A stretch of 64,000 nucleotides of DNA from Flavobacteriales bacterium (GCA_034408895.1 JAWXCI010000001.1:16638-80637); one strand, 5' to 3'; positions 10,528 through 20,106 are shown, numbered from the stretch's first letter. Notes: generated by a model from the letters alone, not told the origin. Program-made: numbers and translations.

Positions 10528-11946
10528 TTACTGCTGGCATCCTCCCTCTTCATTAAAAACAAACTGCACTCCAGTGCCCTCGCTGTTTGGGAATTGGATA
10601 GCCATTCCGGGGCAATTCCATGGTGCATCGCGCACAGTGATGTCTTCGCCCATTGCACCCATTCGCTTCAGTTGATCCTGCCACAATCCTTCACAAACAG
10701 TTTCTTTCCGAAACTCATCTCGCGCGGCTTGTTTCACTTCTTCAAAAGTAGCGTCAGTAGGAAGGTTGTTAATGCCTTCACCAAACGCCCGATCGCGAAT
10801 ATCATTTATATCAGCGATTGCAATTTCTTTCTGATCCGTCAATTGAGCAAGTGATTCGGCACGAATGAGTTTCATGTGGGTGAGACGGAGAACGGGTACT
10901 GAGAAGAAATAAGTCTGCTCATCGTCATTTCCAAATCGCAGCACCTGGTATTGTCCGCTTTCATCCAGTATCCATTCGCTGATGCGATTGTCGGCAGGAT
11001 TCAGGTTGATAAAATTCCAGAAGTCATCACTAAGACCAAGTTGTGCACCAGCGGTAGCCGGCCAGTAATTATCTCGGAAGTTTTCGTTGCGAACATCAAC
11101 GATTGATTCTTCCAGGCTGTAATAGGAAACAACACCAAAGATGGTTTCGGGGTTAGATTGAAATTGAAGCACACTGTCCATGGCGTGATAAGAATCGAGT
11201 GATGGCTCAAGTGAAAATGCACCTGAATTGATCACTTGATCCGCATAAAAAAATGCACCGGAATAATCCCATTTCTGGAATGAAACGTATGTGAGCAGAG
11301 CCTGTGCTGCATTTCTTGTTGCATACACGTCATTGGATGCAGGCAAATTATTTTCTGCAAAGACAAGATCGTCTACAATAAAATCATAACTCTCTTTCAC
11401 TGTGCTACGCGGCAATGGTTCCTGTTTGGGCTCGGTGCGCAGAACAATTCCAAGGTGTGAATTGTCAGCGGTATAACCCCACGGCTGCGCCCACAATTTC
11501 AGCACCCACCAATGGCACAATCCACGAATAAAACGCGCTTCGGCTTCCATGCGTGTTCGTTCACTTTCACCCAGTCCTTCAATCAAATCGAAATTAGCGA
11601 GCAGCGTGTTGCAGCGATACACCGCCCGGTACAAATCGGTGTACACATTGTTTGTAGTGGTATTGAAAAAAGTGACTTCGCGATCATAAACTGCAGTGAG
11701 TTCAAGATGATTCAACGGTTGATCAAGATTGTTACTCAGCAACTCGGCAATATTTTGAACGCGCCCATCGAAAATGTTTCCAAGCACATCGTAGCACGAA
11801 TTCAACAGGCGTTGCATGTCTTCTGGTGTTTTCAAGGCATCCTCGCTGAGGATTACACCATCAGGTTCGTGCTCTAGCCACTTCTTGCATGAAGGAAGAA
11901 ATGCAACCGTAGCGAAGAGTATGATCAGGGCAAGATATTTTTTCAT
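10528..11946 (-). CDS. susD: SusD/RagB-family outer-membrane lipoprotein
   Basis: Lipoprotein signal MKKYLALIILFATVAFLPSC at ATG 11946. It is about 470 aa and immediately follows susC on the same strand. Confidence 0.85.
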   Translation of the reverse strand: MKKYLALIILFATVAFLPSCKKWLEHEPDGVILSEDALKTPEDMQRLLNSCYDVLGNIFDGRVQNIAELLSNNLDQPLNHLELTAVYDREVTFFNTTTNNVYTDLYRAVYRCNTLLANFDLIEGLGESERTRMEAEARFIRGLCHWWVLKLWAQPWGYTADNSHLGIVLRTEPKQEPLPRSTVKESYDFIVDDLVFAENNLPASNDVYATRNAAQALLTYVSFQKWDYSGAFFYADQVINSGAFSLEPSLDSYHAMDSVLQFQSNPETIFGVVSYYSLEESIVDVRNENFRDNYWPATAGAQLGLSDDFWNFINLNPADNRISEWILDESGQYQVLRFGNDDEQTYFFSVPVLRLTHMKLIRAESLAQLTDQKEIAIADINDIRDRAFGEGINNLPTDATFEEVKQAARDEFRKETVCEGLWQDQLKRMGAMGEDITVRDAPWNCPGMAIQFPNSEGTGVQFVFNEEGGCQQ

Positions 11947-11958
11947 TGTTCCGTTCAA

Positions 11959-14900
11959 TTAAAAAGTGAGATTGATGCTAAGGTTGTAACTTTTTTCCTG
12001 TGGCGGTGTGAGGTAGGTGACATTGGGAGAAAGATTGCGATCCTGTGCATTTTCAAAATCACGTACAAGTTCAGGATCAAGACCCGGGAAATTTGTAATT
12101 GTAAAGAGGTTTGTAATTGCAACCGAAGCGCGAATGGATTTGATGGATGATTGTGGCTTCATGGTAAAGTTGTAGCCGACAGAAATGTTTTTGAGCCGGA
12201 GGTAATCAGCATCGTATATGAAAAGGCTAGTGTTCCACCACGGAAATCCACTGGGCAAACTGTAAGTGGTTTCATCTAGCGTGAGGCGAGGAAAAGTGAC
12301 ATCATCATCCCCCGGTTGTTGCCAGCGATCGAAAATTTCACCGCGCATGTTCCAGTCGGTAACCACGCCCATCTGCCGCTTGCCCGATGAGTCAAAAATT
12401 TTGGCACCCAAGCTGAATGTTGCAAGCACATTCAAATCCCATCCTTTATAAGTGAAATTGTTTGTGATTCCACCATAAACATCCGGCAAACCATCGCCCA
12501 CGTATTTACGCTGACTGTTGTCGTATTCGTAAGTCTCGTTGCCATTGAGATCAATGTAAACAGGCAATCCGTTTTCAGAATCTACGTGAGAGAATTCCAT
12601 CAGGTAAAATGACCCAATCGGTTTTCCGGTGATCACGCGGCTATCGTTTGTTCCGCCACTCACTGCATCGGGAGTGTAGTCGCCAATGCTCACAAGTTCG
12701 TTGTAGTTGCGAGCAATATTGAAGTCGGTTTTCCATTTGAATGCGCGGTCAATGTTGAAACTGGTGACGGACAACTCGATGCCCTGATTCAGAATTTCGG
12801 CCACGTTGTCCCAGTACCCAGTGAAACCTGTTGAAGCCGGTACACTCACATTCATCAACACATCTTTACTGTATTTGCGGTAGCCTGAAAATTCGAGTTG
12901 CAGAGTATTTTCCCAAAGGCGTATTTCGATGCTGGCATCCAGTGTTGAACTTGTCTCCCATTTCAAATCGGGGTTCGGAAGTTTGATAGGATAGATGATG
13001 GGTTCACCGTTGTAGGTAATGCCATTGTCATTGGGTGAAAAAGTCCCGTATTGTGCATCGCCCGGCACATCGGCATTACCGGTCTTGCCCCAGCCCGCAC
13101 GAAGTTTCAGGAAGCTGATGGTTTTATTTTCTTTGAGGAAATCCTCATCAGAAATGATCCAGCCGGCAGAGAGTGCAGGAAAGAATCCGAACTTGCTGTT
13201 TTCACCGAACTTGCTTGAACCATCGCTGCGTGCCACTGCCTGCAGGAAGTATTTGTTTTTGTAAGAATAATTGATGCGGCTGAATGAACTTACAAATGTC
13301 CAGGTCTCTGGTGAAGCGGTGAATACCCTTTTGTCTGTCGAGTCGGTCTCGTAGTTGTTTTCATAAGTAGGACTGTTCACGAAGTAATACTCGATTCGGT
13401 CATATCGTTCGGTATGCGATCGCTGCGTTTCTCCACCAACAAGAAGTGTGACGACATGATCTTCTTTGAATGTTTTTGTGTAATCGGCAGTGGCAGATAC
13501 GTTCCAATTATTCACCCATGCGGGATTCAATTCAGCATTGTTGAAGAGTTCACTTGGGTTGAGCATCTCGGGGTAGAACTGGTAATTGCGGATGTCCATA
13601 TAATCATAACCACCGGTAAGTTTCAAGTTGAGATCAGTGACCGGTGTATAGATAAGTGACAGTCCGCCAATCACGCGATTTTCAATCGTACGCCAGGGCC
13701 TGCGCTCACGGTAGTTCACAGGATTTGAGTAGCCATTATTCCACAGATAGTATCCACCATAATCCCTGCTGTCATCGTACACCGGATAGTAGGGCAGGGC
13801 AGTGCTCATGGCTTCACCAAGACCGCCACTCCAGGCAGCATCCACGCGCTTGTTTATGCCGGTGCTTGTGGCCAATGAAGATTGCAGTTTGAGTTTGTCA
13901 GAAATGTTCCAGTCGAAATTTATTCTATCACTGTATCGCTCATAATAATTTCCAATCAGGTACGATCCATTGTGGTCATAAGAGATGCCGGCATAGAGTG
14001 CAATTTTGTTGTTCGAATAGGCTGCACCAAAACTGTACAAATGTTTTATACCTACACCTGTTGTTTCATCCACCCAATCGGTGTTGGTTTTTAATGCTTG
14101 CTTGAAAGCAGCTTCACGTGTTTCGGGAGCATCGCTTTCAGATGAAAGTCCCGGCAACCAAACGTAGCCAGTGCCTCCATCGTTCTCCCATGCTTCTTGT
14201 CTTACGGCAAGATATTCTTCTGTACTCAGCATATTGGGACGTGTGGCGGCAATACCAAATCCGAGTCGCGTTGAGAAATCGAATTTCCAGCCTTTTGCTT
14301 TTCCGCGCTTTGTGGTGATAAGCACCACTCCATTAGCCCCGCGTGATCCGTAGATTCCGGTGGCTGCTGCATCTTTCAAAATCTGAACACTTTCAATATC
14401 ATTCGGGTTGATGCTTGCAAGCGGGTTGTTATTCATCGCTCCACTGTTACCCCGCAGAAATTGGTTTTGTGTAATAGGAATTCCGTCCACAACATAAAGT
14501 GGATCACCGCCTGCCGATATTGATGCAATACCACGAATACGGATAATGGAACTGCTTCCGGAAAGCCCTGAGCCTTGCGAAACCTGCACGCCCGCAGCCT
14601 GTCCCTGCAATGCTGCCTCGAAACTTGGAACAGGAAACTGTGTGAGTTTTCGTCCGTCCACTGTTTCAATGCTTCCGGTAACATCGCGTTTGCGCTGCAC
14701 ACCATATCCCACCACCACAATGTCATCAAGGTCGGTCACTTCGTTCACCAACTTTACATTGAGTGACACGATTTCACCTGCTGCAAGTGTGACTTGTTTG
14801 GTTTGAGTTTTTGAGCCAGTGATGGTGAAATCGATGGTATGAATTCCTGCTGAAAGCACAAGTGTGTATTTGCCATCCACATCCGTGAACACTCCCCGCT

Positions 14901-15033
14901 CGCCTGCGCGCACCGCGACACCGGGAACGGTTTCATTATTTTCATCGGTCACCGTGCCGGTTACTGTTTGCCCTATGAGAATATTAACTCCAGGAATCAA
15001 AAGTGTGATAAAAAGGGTGTAGAGTTTCTTCAT
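11959..15033 (-). CDS. susC: SusC/RagA-family TonB-dependent receptor
   Basis: 1024 aa. N-terminal carboxypeptidase-regulatory-like domain GTVTDENNETVPGVAVRA. Plug region DDIVVVGYGVQRKRDVTGS and NPNDIESVQILKDAAATGIYGSRGANGVVLITTKRGK. The C-terminus ends in an aromatic residue (..INLTF). Confidence 0.92.
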   Translation of the reverse strand: MKKLYTLFITLLIPGVNILIGQTVTGTVTDENNETVPGVAVRAGERGVFTDVDGKYTLVLSAGIHTIDFTITGSKTQTKQVTLAAGEIVSLNVKLVNEVTDLDDIVVVGYGVQRKRDVTGSIETVDGRKLTQFPVPSFEAALQGQAAGVQVSQGSGLSGSSSIIRIRGIASISAGGDPLYVVDGIPITQNQFLRGNSGAMNNNPLASINPNDIESVQILKDAAATGIYGSRGANGVVLITTKRGKAKGWKFDFSTRLGFGIAATRPNMLSTEEYLAVRQEAWENDGGTGYVWLPGLSSESDAPETREAAFKQALKTNTDWVDETTGVGIKHLYSFGAAYSNNKIALYAGISYDHNGSYLIGNYYERYSDRINFDWNISDKLKLQSSLATSTGINKRVDAAWSGGLGEAMSTALPYYPVYDDSRDYGGYYLWNNGYSNPVNYRERRPWRTIENRVIGGLSLIYTPVTDLNLKLTGGYDYMDIRNYQFYPEMLNPSELFNNAELNPAWVNNWNVSATADYTKTFKEDHVVTLLVGGETQRSHTERYDRIEYYFVNSPTYENNYETDSTDKRVFTASPETWTFVSSFSRINYSYKNKYFLQAVARSDGSSKFGENSKFGFFPALSAGWIISDEDFLKENKTISFLKLRAGWGKTGNADVPGDAQYGTFSPNDNGITYNGEPIIYPIKLPNPDLKWETSSTLDASIEIRLWENTLQLEFSGYRKYSKDVLMNVSVPASTGFTGYWDNVAEILNQGIELSVTSFNIDRAFKWKTDFNIARNYNELVSIGDYTPDAVSGGTNDSRVITGKPIGSFYLMEFSHVDSENGLPVYIDLNGNETYEYDNSQRKYVGDGLPDVYGGITNNFTYKGWDLNVLATFSLGAKIFDSSGKRQMGVVTDWNMRGEIFDRWQQPGDDDVTFPRLTLDETTYSLPSGFPWWNTSLFIYDADYLRLKNISVGYNFTMKPQSSIKSIRASVAITNLFTITNFPGLDPELVRDFENAQDRNLSPNVTYLTPPQEKSYNLSINLTF

Positions 15034-15237
15034 GTTTGAGTTGGCGTTTGGTTTTTAGTTCATAGAATTCTCCGTAGTGTTCTGTGGGGCTTCGCCACTC
15101 GCGCTTCGAAATCTTTTACTTCATATCAAAGCCCACGAACTATGACCTATGAACCACGAACTAGTAGTTGCAAACATAGAAGAAATTCGTAGGGTGTGTA
15201 AAAAGTACACTAAGGGGTAAGAAATTGAGAATTTGAG

Positions 15238-15253
15238 TCCGATAATTATCGGA
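15238..15253. promoter_or_regulatory. Perfect 16-bp palindrome TCCGATAATTATCGGA; candidate operator about 205 bp upstream of susC
   Basis: Read directly from the sequence. It shares the CCGATA/TATCGG half-sites with the palindrome at 63968-63983. Confidence 0.35.
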
Positions 15254-15319
15254 AGGAGAACTGAGAATAGTTTTGAAAGTGCGAACAATAAATTACGTGA
15301 TGCAGTTCCGATGGGTAAT

Positions 15320-16390
15320 TCATAATTCATTATTCGGGACTATAGCTTCTCCAAACCCACATCCCAACAACAATTGCATCTCGGCCTGATCCAACACTTT
15401 TTCAACGACAAGCAGGTCCATACAATAAACGCAACTTGTGCTGTAGTCATCGGATAGGTCAAGATGAATTAAGCTGCTCAACGGTTCAATTACACATGCT
15501 TCCATCATCACCATTCGCCCAAGTTCCATGTCGTAAGTGGAAATGATTTTTTTTCCCGGAAACCCTTCTTTCATTTCCAGGAATGCCGGATAGCGCAGCA
15601 ATGGTTTATCAGAATGCCCTGTGTAAGCCACCACAAAATGCGGATAGATTTTATGACTATGGGCAATGCCCTGCTCAATGAAAAATAATGAAAGCTCATG
15701 AAGCTTTTGTCGAAGTTCATGCCCGTTTGTATTTTCAATCAGGTAGTTTGACATGCTGCTCCACTTGTGGTTGTGGTCCAGCCATTCAAAGTTTCCAAAA
15801 CCGAGTTTGTAATCGAACAGGGTTGTGTGATCCAGAATATATCCTGGATAGTACCAGCGAAGCCCTGAGGTTTGCGCCATCTCAATTTCTTTCAGGATCG
15901 TATAGATGCCAAGACTGAAGGACAAGTAGTCCGGATGATGTAAGCAGAGCAAACTCGCTAAAGCAAATTCACCCATATCAAAAAAACTTACAGCCACCAG
16001 TTTTTCACCATCGTAAACTGAAACTTGCTGCGTGGGGTAAATGGATGCATCGAATCCGTCATGAAAAATTTCGCTTAGTGAATTATGAATAAATCCACGA
16101 AAACGTTTTTTCTGCATTTGATAAAGCGCCTCGGCTTCTGCTGTGATTCGCGCTTTGCCGATCGTTACAAAAAAGCATGAGTCGTTTTTGCGCAGCAGTT
16201 TTTTGTGATGTCTCCGAAATGAAAAATCTTCAAGCGGCAACCTGATGTTAACCACCGAGTGCACGTCTTCATCCATACACACCATGTCCATTTTATACAT
16301 GAGTGATGAGCCGCGGAACCAACCCTGCATCAGGTATTGATCATAGCCAGCGGGCGACAGTTGATTAGGTATTCGGGTTTGAACTAGCAC
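15320..16390 (-). CDS. Arginyl/leucyl-tRNA--protein transferase-like protein (ATE/Bpt family, GNAT fold) with a C-terminal extension
   Basis: LSPAGYDQYLMQGWFRGS..., VAVSFFDMGEFALASLLCLHHPDYLSFSLGIYTILKEIEMAQTSGLRWYYPGYILDHTTLFDYK resembles the ATE_C/Bpt pattern. GTG start. Confidence 0.5.
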   Translation of the reverse strand: MLVQTRIPNQLSPAGYDQYLMQGWFRGSSLMYKMDMVCMDEDVHSVVNIRLPLEDFSFRRHHKKLLRKNDSCFFVTIGKARITAEAEALYQMQKKRFRGFIHNSLSEIFHDGFDASIYPTQQVSVYDGEKLVAVSFFDMGEFALASLLCLHHPDYLSFSLGIYTILKEIEMAQTSGLRWYYPGYILDHTTLFDYKLGFGNFEWLDHNHKWSSMSNYLIENTNGHELRQKLHELSLFFIEQGIAHSHKIYPHFVVAYTGHSDKPLLRYPAFLEMKEGFPGKKIISTYDMELGRMVMMEACVIEPLSSLIHLDLSDDYSTSCVYCMDLLVVEKVLDQAEMQLLLGCGFGEAIVPNNEL

Positions 16391-16435
16391 AGTCCAAATC
16401 TAAACTTTCCAACCGTGCCAATCAGTAATTGCCTG

Positions 16436-16606
16436 CTAGAATGCAATGCCGTTGATGGCTACCACTTCGTGAAGGCCAATGCGTTGGCCACAGGTGGTGT
16501 AGAGAAATTCCTCACCGCTCTCGCGCTTGAGATGTTCAATTGCAGAAGGCAATTCCATAAGGCAGGATCCTTTCCGGTAAAGAATAAAATGTTTTTGTGC
16601 GTTCAT
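16436..16606 (-). CDS. Candidate 56-aa hypothetical protein (below the track cut-off)
   Basis: My translation is MNAQKHFILYRKGSCLMELPSAIEHLKRESGEEFLYTTCGQRIGLHEVVAINGIAF*. It has an ATG start and a balanced composition. I recognise no family. Confidence 0.3.
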   Translation of the reverse strand: MNAQKHFILYRKGSCLMELPSAIEHLKRESGEEFLYTTCGQRIGLHEVVAINGIAF

Positions 16607-16792
16607 TTTTTTATTGTCTTGGAGAGTACAAAAAGAACTCTGTGCTATGAAATGAGAGTTAACTACATCTCAAGTTTGAGTTAGCAATGGAGTATGATAG
16701 CCAAATTCTCAAAACATTGCACCGAACGCAAAATGATATAGAATTCAATTTCATGATCCCTGAATCTTTGACCCGTTTTAAAATCAACCCAA

Positions 16793-16987
16793 ATGAAAAA
16801 CATAGTGATGGATGGTATCGCAGCAGGAGCAATCATCCTTGCTGGCCAGTTGATGATTACAATAGATTTTCAATGGGTGAACAAAGGACAGGAGAAGCAA
16901 TCCCAACATTTACAGCCCTCCAGTGCTATCGAAACTTCACACGAAACAAAAGCTTATTCGCTCAATGGCTACTATATTTTTATGTGA
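16793..16987 (+). CDS. Candidate 64-aa membrane or secreted peptide
   Basis: MKNIVMDGIAAGAIILAGQLMITIDF... has a hydrophobic N-terminus. A hairpin follows at 17042-17064. It competes with the overlapping 105-aa frame at 16687-17004. Confidence 0.25.
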   Translation: MKNIVMDGIAAGAIILAGQLMITIDFQWVNKGQEKQSQHLQPSSAIETSHETKAYSLNGYYIFM

Positions 16988-17041
16988 AAAACGTTGGTAA
17001 TTGATTAATTGGTAAACTGAAAAACAAGAACAGCAACATCT

Positions 17042-17064
17042 GCCCGGTCCGCTCTGGTTCCGGG
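17042..17064 (+). terminator. Hairpin gcccgg-N11-ccgggc followed by a T-containing tail
   Basis: The sequence is tgcccggtccgctctggttccgggcttgctgttt. The U-tract is weak. Confidence 0.3.
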
Positions 17065-17137
17065 CTTGCTGTTTCATACAGGATCATGGTTGGCTCTACT
17101 TTTGCCGCGTCAACTTCAAATCTCCGCATCTTACCAG

Positions 17138-17887
17138 ATGAAAAAAATCTCCGCAACAATCGCAGTTATCATTCTTTGTATTGTCCTTTCCTCTTTTTCA
17201 TTTCATCATCATCATGCGGCCACATCACCGCGGCAAGGTTTCAAGCCGGATTACGCACTTTATGACCAGGTTTTGCAGAAATACGTGAGCGATGATGGAA
17301 AGGTGAACTACAAAGGCCTAAAAGAAGACAGTGATTTCAGAATTGTACTGGAGAGCATTGCACTAATGCACCCTACTGCACGTTGGACAAGAGATGAACA
17401 AAAATGTTTCTGGATAAATGCCTACAACATGTTTGTGCTTAAGCTCGTGTGTGACAACTACCCATTAAAATCCATCAATGAAATTCCTAACGCCATGGAT
17501 TCAAATTACGTAAAGATCGGCATCAATTATTATTCCCTGAACCGGATCCGAAATGAATTCCTTCTTGAGAAATTCAACGATGCCAGGATACTTTTTTCAT
17601 TGAGTGATGCATCTGTTTCCTGCCCTCCGCTTTTCAATCATGCTTTCAAGCCGGAAGACCTCGAAAAAACATTGAACACGGTTACGCGCAGGTTTGTGAA
17701 TGACAAGAGATACAATTCCATCAACTCCAACGCTCCAAAACTTTCAAAGGTTTTCCAATTGTACTTCGGGGATCTTGCTATGAACGAAACACTGGTAGCC
17801 TTCATCAACAGTTATTCTGATGTGCAGGTGGATGCAAAAGCAACCATCGAATACCAGGTTTACGATTGGAGCCTCAACAGTAAATAG
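17138..17887 (+). CDS. DUF547 domain protein
   Basis: Signal or TM segment MKKISATIAVIILCIVLSS at ATG 17138. Contains GKVNYKGLK and the CFWINAYN motif typical of DUF547. Confidence 0.75.
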   Translation: MKKISATIAVIILCIVLSSFSFHHHHAATSPRQGFKPDYALYDQVLQKYVSDDGKVNYKGLKEDSDFRIVLESIALMHPTARWTRDEQKCFWINAYNMFVLKLVCDNYPLKSINEIPNAMDSNYVKIGINYYSLNRIRNEFLLEKFNDARILFSLSDASVSCPPLFNHAFKPEDLEKTLNTVTRRFVNDKRYNSINSNAPKLSKVFQLYFGDLAMNETLVAFINSYSDVQVDAKATIEYQVYDWSLNSK

Positions 17888-18017
17888 TAATCGCTCAAAG
17901 TCCTAAACACCTGCCCTTGCGATTCTGTTGAAACAACGCATTGAATCAATTTCTTCATCTTTCCTTTCCTGAACCACGTCTCAAACGTGAGATATTCGCG
18001 CCCGAAATTTTTCCCCA

Positions 18018-19091
18018 ATGAACAAAGTACACAACTTCAGTGCAGGGCCAAGCATTCTGCCTCGTGAAGTAATTGAACAAGCCGCGCAAGCGGTTCTGGA
18101 ATTTGATGGTATGGGTCTGTCTCTCATCGAAGTTTCTCATCGCTCAAAAAATTTCGAGGCGGTGATGGATGAAGCAAGAAATCTTGTGAAAGAAATTCTG
18201 GGGCTTCCGGCAAACTACGAGGTGCTCTTTCTCCAGGGCGGTGCCACACTTGGTTTCACCACTATTGCCATGAACCTCATGCGCGAAAACGGGAAGGCAG
18301 CTTATTTGAATACCGGAGTGTGGGCCAGCAGCGCAATAAAGGAAGCGAAGATGATTGGCAATGTGGAAGTGATAGCAGATTCATCAGACAAAAACCACTC
18401 TTACGTCCCCAAGAATTTTACCATTCCTACTGATGCGGACTACCTCCACTTTACATCGAACAATACGATTTACGGAACACAATTCCAGGAATTTCCGAAG
18501 TCGCCCATACCACTGGTGTGCGATATGAGTTCCGATATTTTTTCCAAACAATTCAACGCAAGTGATTTTACACTTATCTATGCAGGTGCTCAGAAAAATA
18601 TGGGGCCGGCAGGAGCCGTGGTGTACATCATGGATAAAGATGCGCTTGGAAAATCAGGAAGAAAAATTCCGACCTACCTCAACCTCCAGGCGCATATTGA
18701 AAAAGATTCCATGTACAACACTCCATCAGTTTTTGCCGTTTACACCTGCATGTTGACTCTTCGCTGGATAAAGGCAATGGGTGGATTGAAAGGAATGGAA
18801 GCCCGCAACCGTGCGAAGAAGGATTGCTTTTACAATGAACTCGATCGCAATCCACTTTTCCACGGACACTCTGCACCGGAAGATCGCTCTTGGATGAATG
18901 CGACTTACCGCTTGAATGACGATTCGCAGTCAATTGAGTTTGACAAAATGTGGAAAGCAGCTGCCATCACCGGCATTGCGGGGCATCGCAGCGTAGGCGG
19001 ATATCGCGCATCGCTCTATAATGCTCTGCCAATTGAAAGTGTGCAGGTGCTGGTGGATGTGATGAAAGAATTTGAACGAATCAAAGGATAG
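18018..19091 (+). CDS. serC: Phosphoserine aminotransferase
   Basis: 357 aa. Contains NFSAGPSILP and YAGAQKNMGPAG. Confidence 0.95.
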   Translation: MNKVHNFSAGPSILPREVIEQAAQAVLEFDGMGLSLIEVSHRSKNFEAVMDEARNLVKEILGLPANYEVLFLQGGATLGFTTIAMNLMRENGKAAYLNTGVWASSAIKEAKMIGNVEVIADSSDKNHSYVPKNFTIPTDADYLHFTSNNTIYGTQFQEFPKSPIPLVCDMSSDIFSKQFNASDFTLIYAGAQKNMGPAGAVVYIMDKDALGKSGRKIPTYLNLQAHIEKDSMYNTPSVFAVYTCMLTLRWIKAMGGLKGMEARNRAKKDCFYNELDRNPLFHGHSAPEDRSWMNATYRLNDDSQSIEFDKMWKAAAITGIAGHRSVGGYRASLYNALPIESVQVLVDVMKEFERIKG

Positions 19092-19112
19092 TCACCCTTA
19101 TTTCAAACACAA

Positions 19113-20084
19113 ATGAAAATTCTCGCCAACGATGGCATTGATGCATCAGGAAAAAAAGCACTCGAGGAATCAGGCTTTATTGTTATTACTGAAAAAGTTT
19201 CGCAGGAAAAACTTGCAGAAGCAATCAACCGCGAAGGCTACATCGGACTGCTCGTTCGAAGCGCCACGGTTGCACGGAAGGAATTCATTGATGCCTGCCC
19301 TAACCTGCGCTTCATTGGTCGAGGGGGTGTGGGCATTGACAACATAGATGCGGAATACGCGCGAAGCAAAGGCGTCCAGGTTTTCAATACTCCGGGTTCC
19401 AGCAGCCAGGCCGTGGCGGAACTTGTGATGTCCTACATGTTTGCAGCAGCGCGTGGTCTTTATGATTCGGGCAGGAACATGCCCACCAATGGCACCACAG
19501 AATTTGAAACGCTCAAGAGGAAATACTCTAAAGGATTTGAATTGCGGGGCAAAACACTTGGCATAATTGGCTTTGGTCGTATCGGGCGTTCACTTGCTGC
19601 TTATGCCGCGGGTTGTGGAATGAGCGTAATTTTCAACGACAACCATTTTCGCGAAGACCAGGCTGTGGCCATCAACATCGGGAACATTTCCAATGCAAGC
19701 ATGGTAGTTCCCAGAAAAAGTTTTGCTGACCTTCTTGCACAATCCGATTTCATTTCACTGCACGTCCCGAAACAACCTGATGGTTCAGCGGTGATAACAT
19801 CCAGTGAATTTTCTCGGATGAAAAAAGGAGTGGTCATCATCAACACTGCACGCGGTGGTGTGGTGGATGAAAAGGCATTGATTGAAAACCTGGATTCAGG
19901 ACAAGTGCGTGTTGTGGCACTCGATGTTTTTGTGGGAGAACCCAAACCCAATGAAGAATTACTCAGGCATCCCGGGGTCATTTCAACACCGCACATCGGT
20001 GCATCTACGCTGGAAGCGCAGGAACGCATCGGTCTCGAAATAGCGGAGCGCGTGTGTGAAATCATGGGAATAAAACTCTTATGA
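19113..20084 (+). CDS. serA: D-3-phosphoglycerate dehydrogenase (short form without an ACT domain; 2-hydroxyacid dehydrogenase family)
   Basis: 323 aa. Contains GIIGFGRIGRSLA and TPHIGAST, and is adjacent to serC. Confidence 0.85.
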   Translation: MKILANDGIDASGKKALEESGFIVITEKVSQEKLAEAINREGYIGLLVRSATVARKEFIDACPNLRFIGRGGVGIDNIDAEYARSKGVQVFNTPGSSSQAVAELVMSYMFAAARGLYDSGRNMPTNGTTEFETLKRKYSKGFELRGKTLGIIGFGRIGRSLAAYAAGCGMSVIFNDNHFREDQAVAINIGNISNASMVVPRKSFADLLAQSDFISLHVPKQPDGSAVITSSEFSRMKKGVVIINTARGGVVDEKALIENLDSGQVRVVALDVFVGEPKPNEELLRHPGVISTPHIGASTLEAQERIGLEIAERVCEIMGIKLL

Positions 20085-20106
20085 TTGTTTTCATCCTGTC
20101 CAGCGA

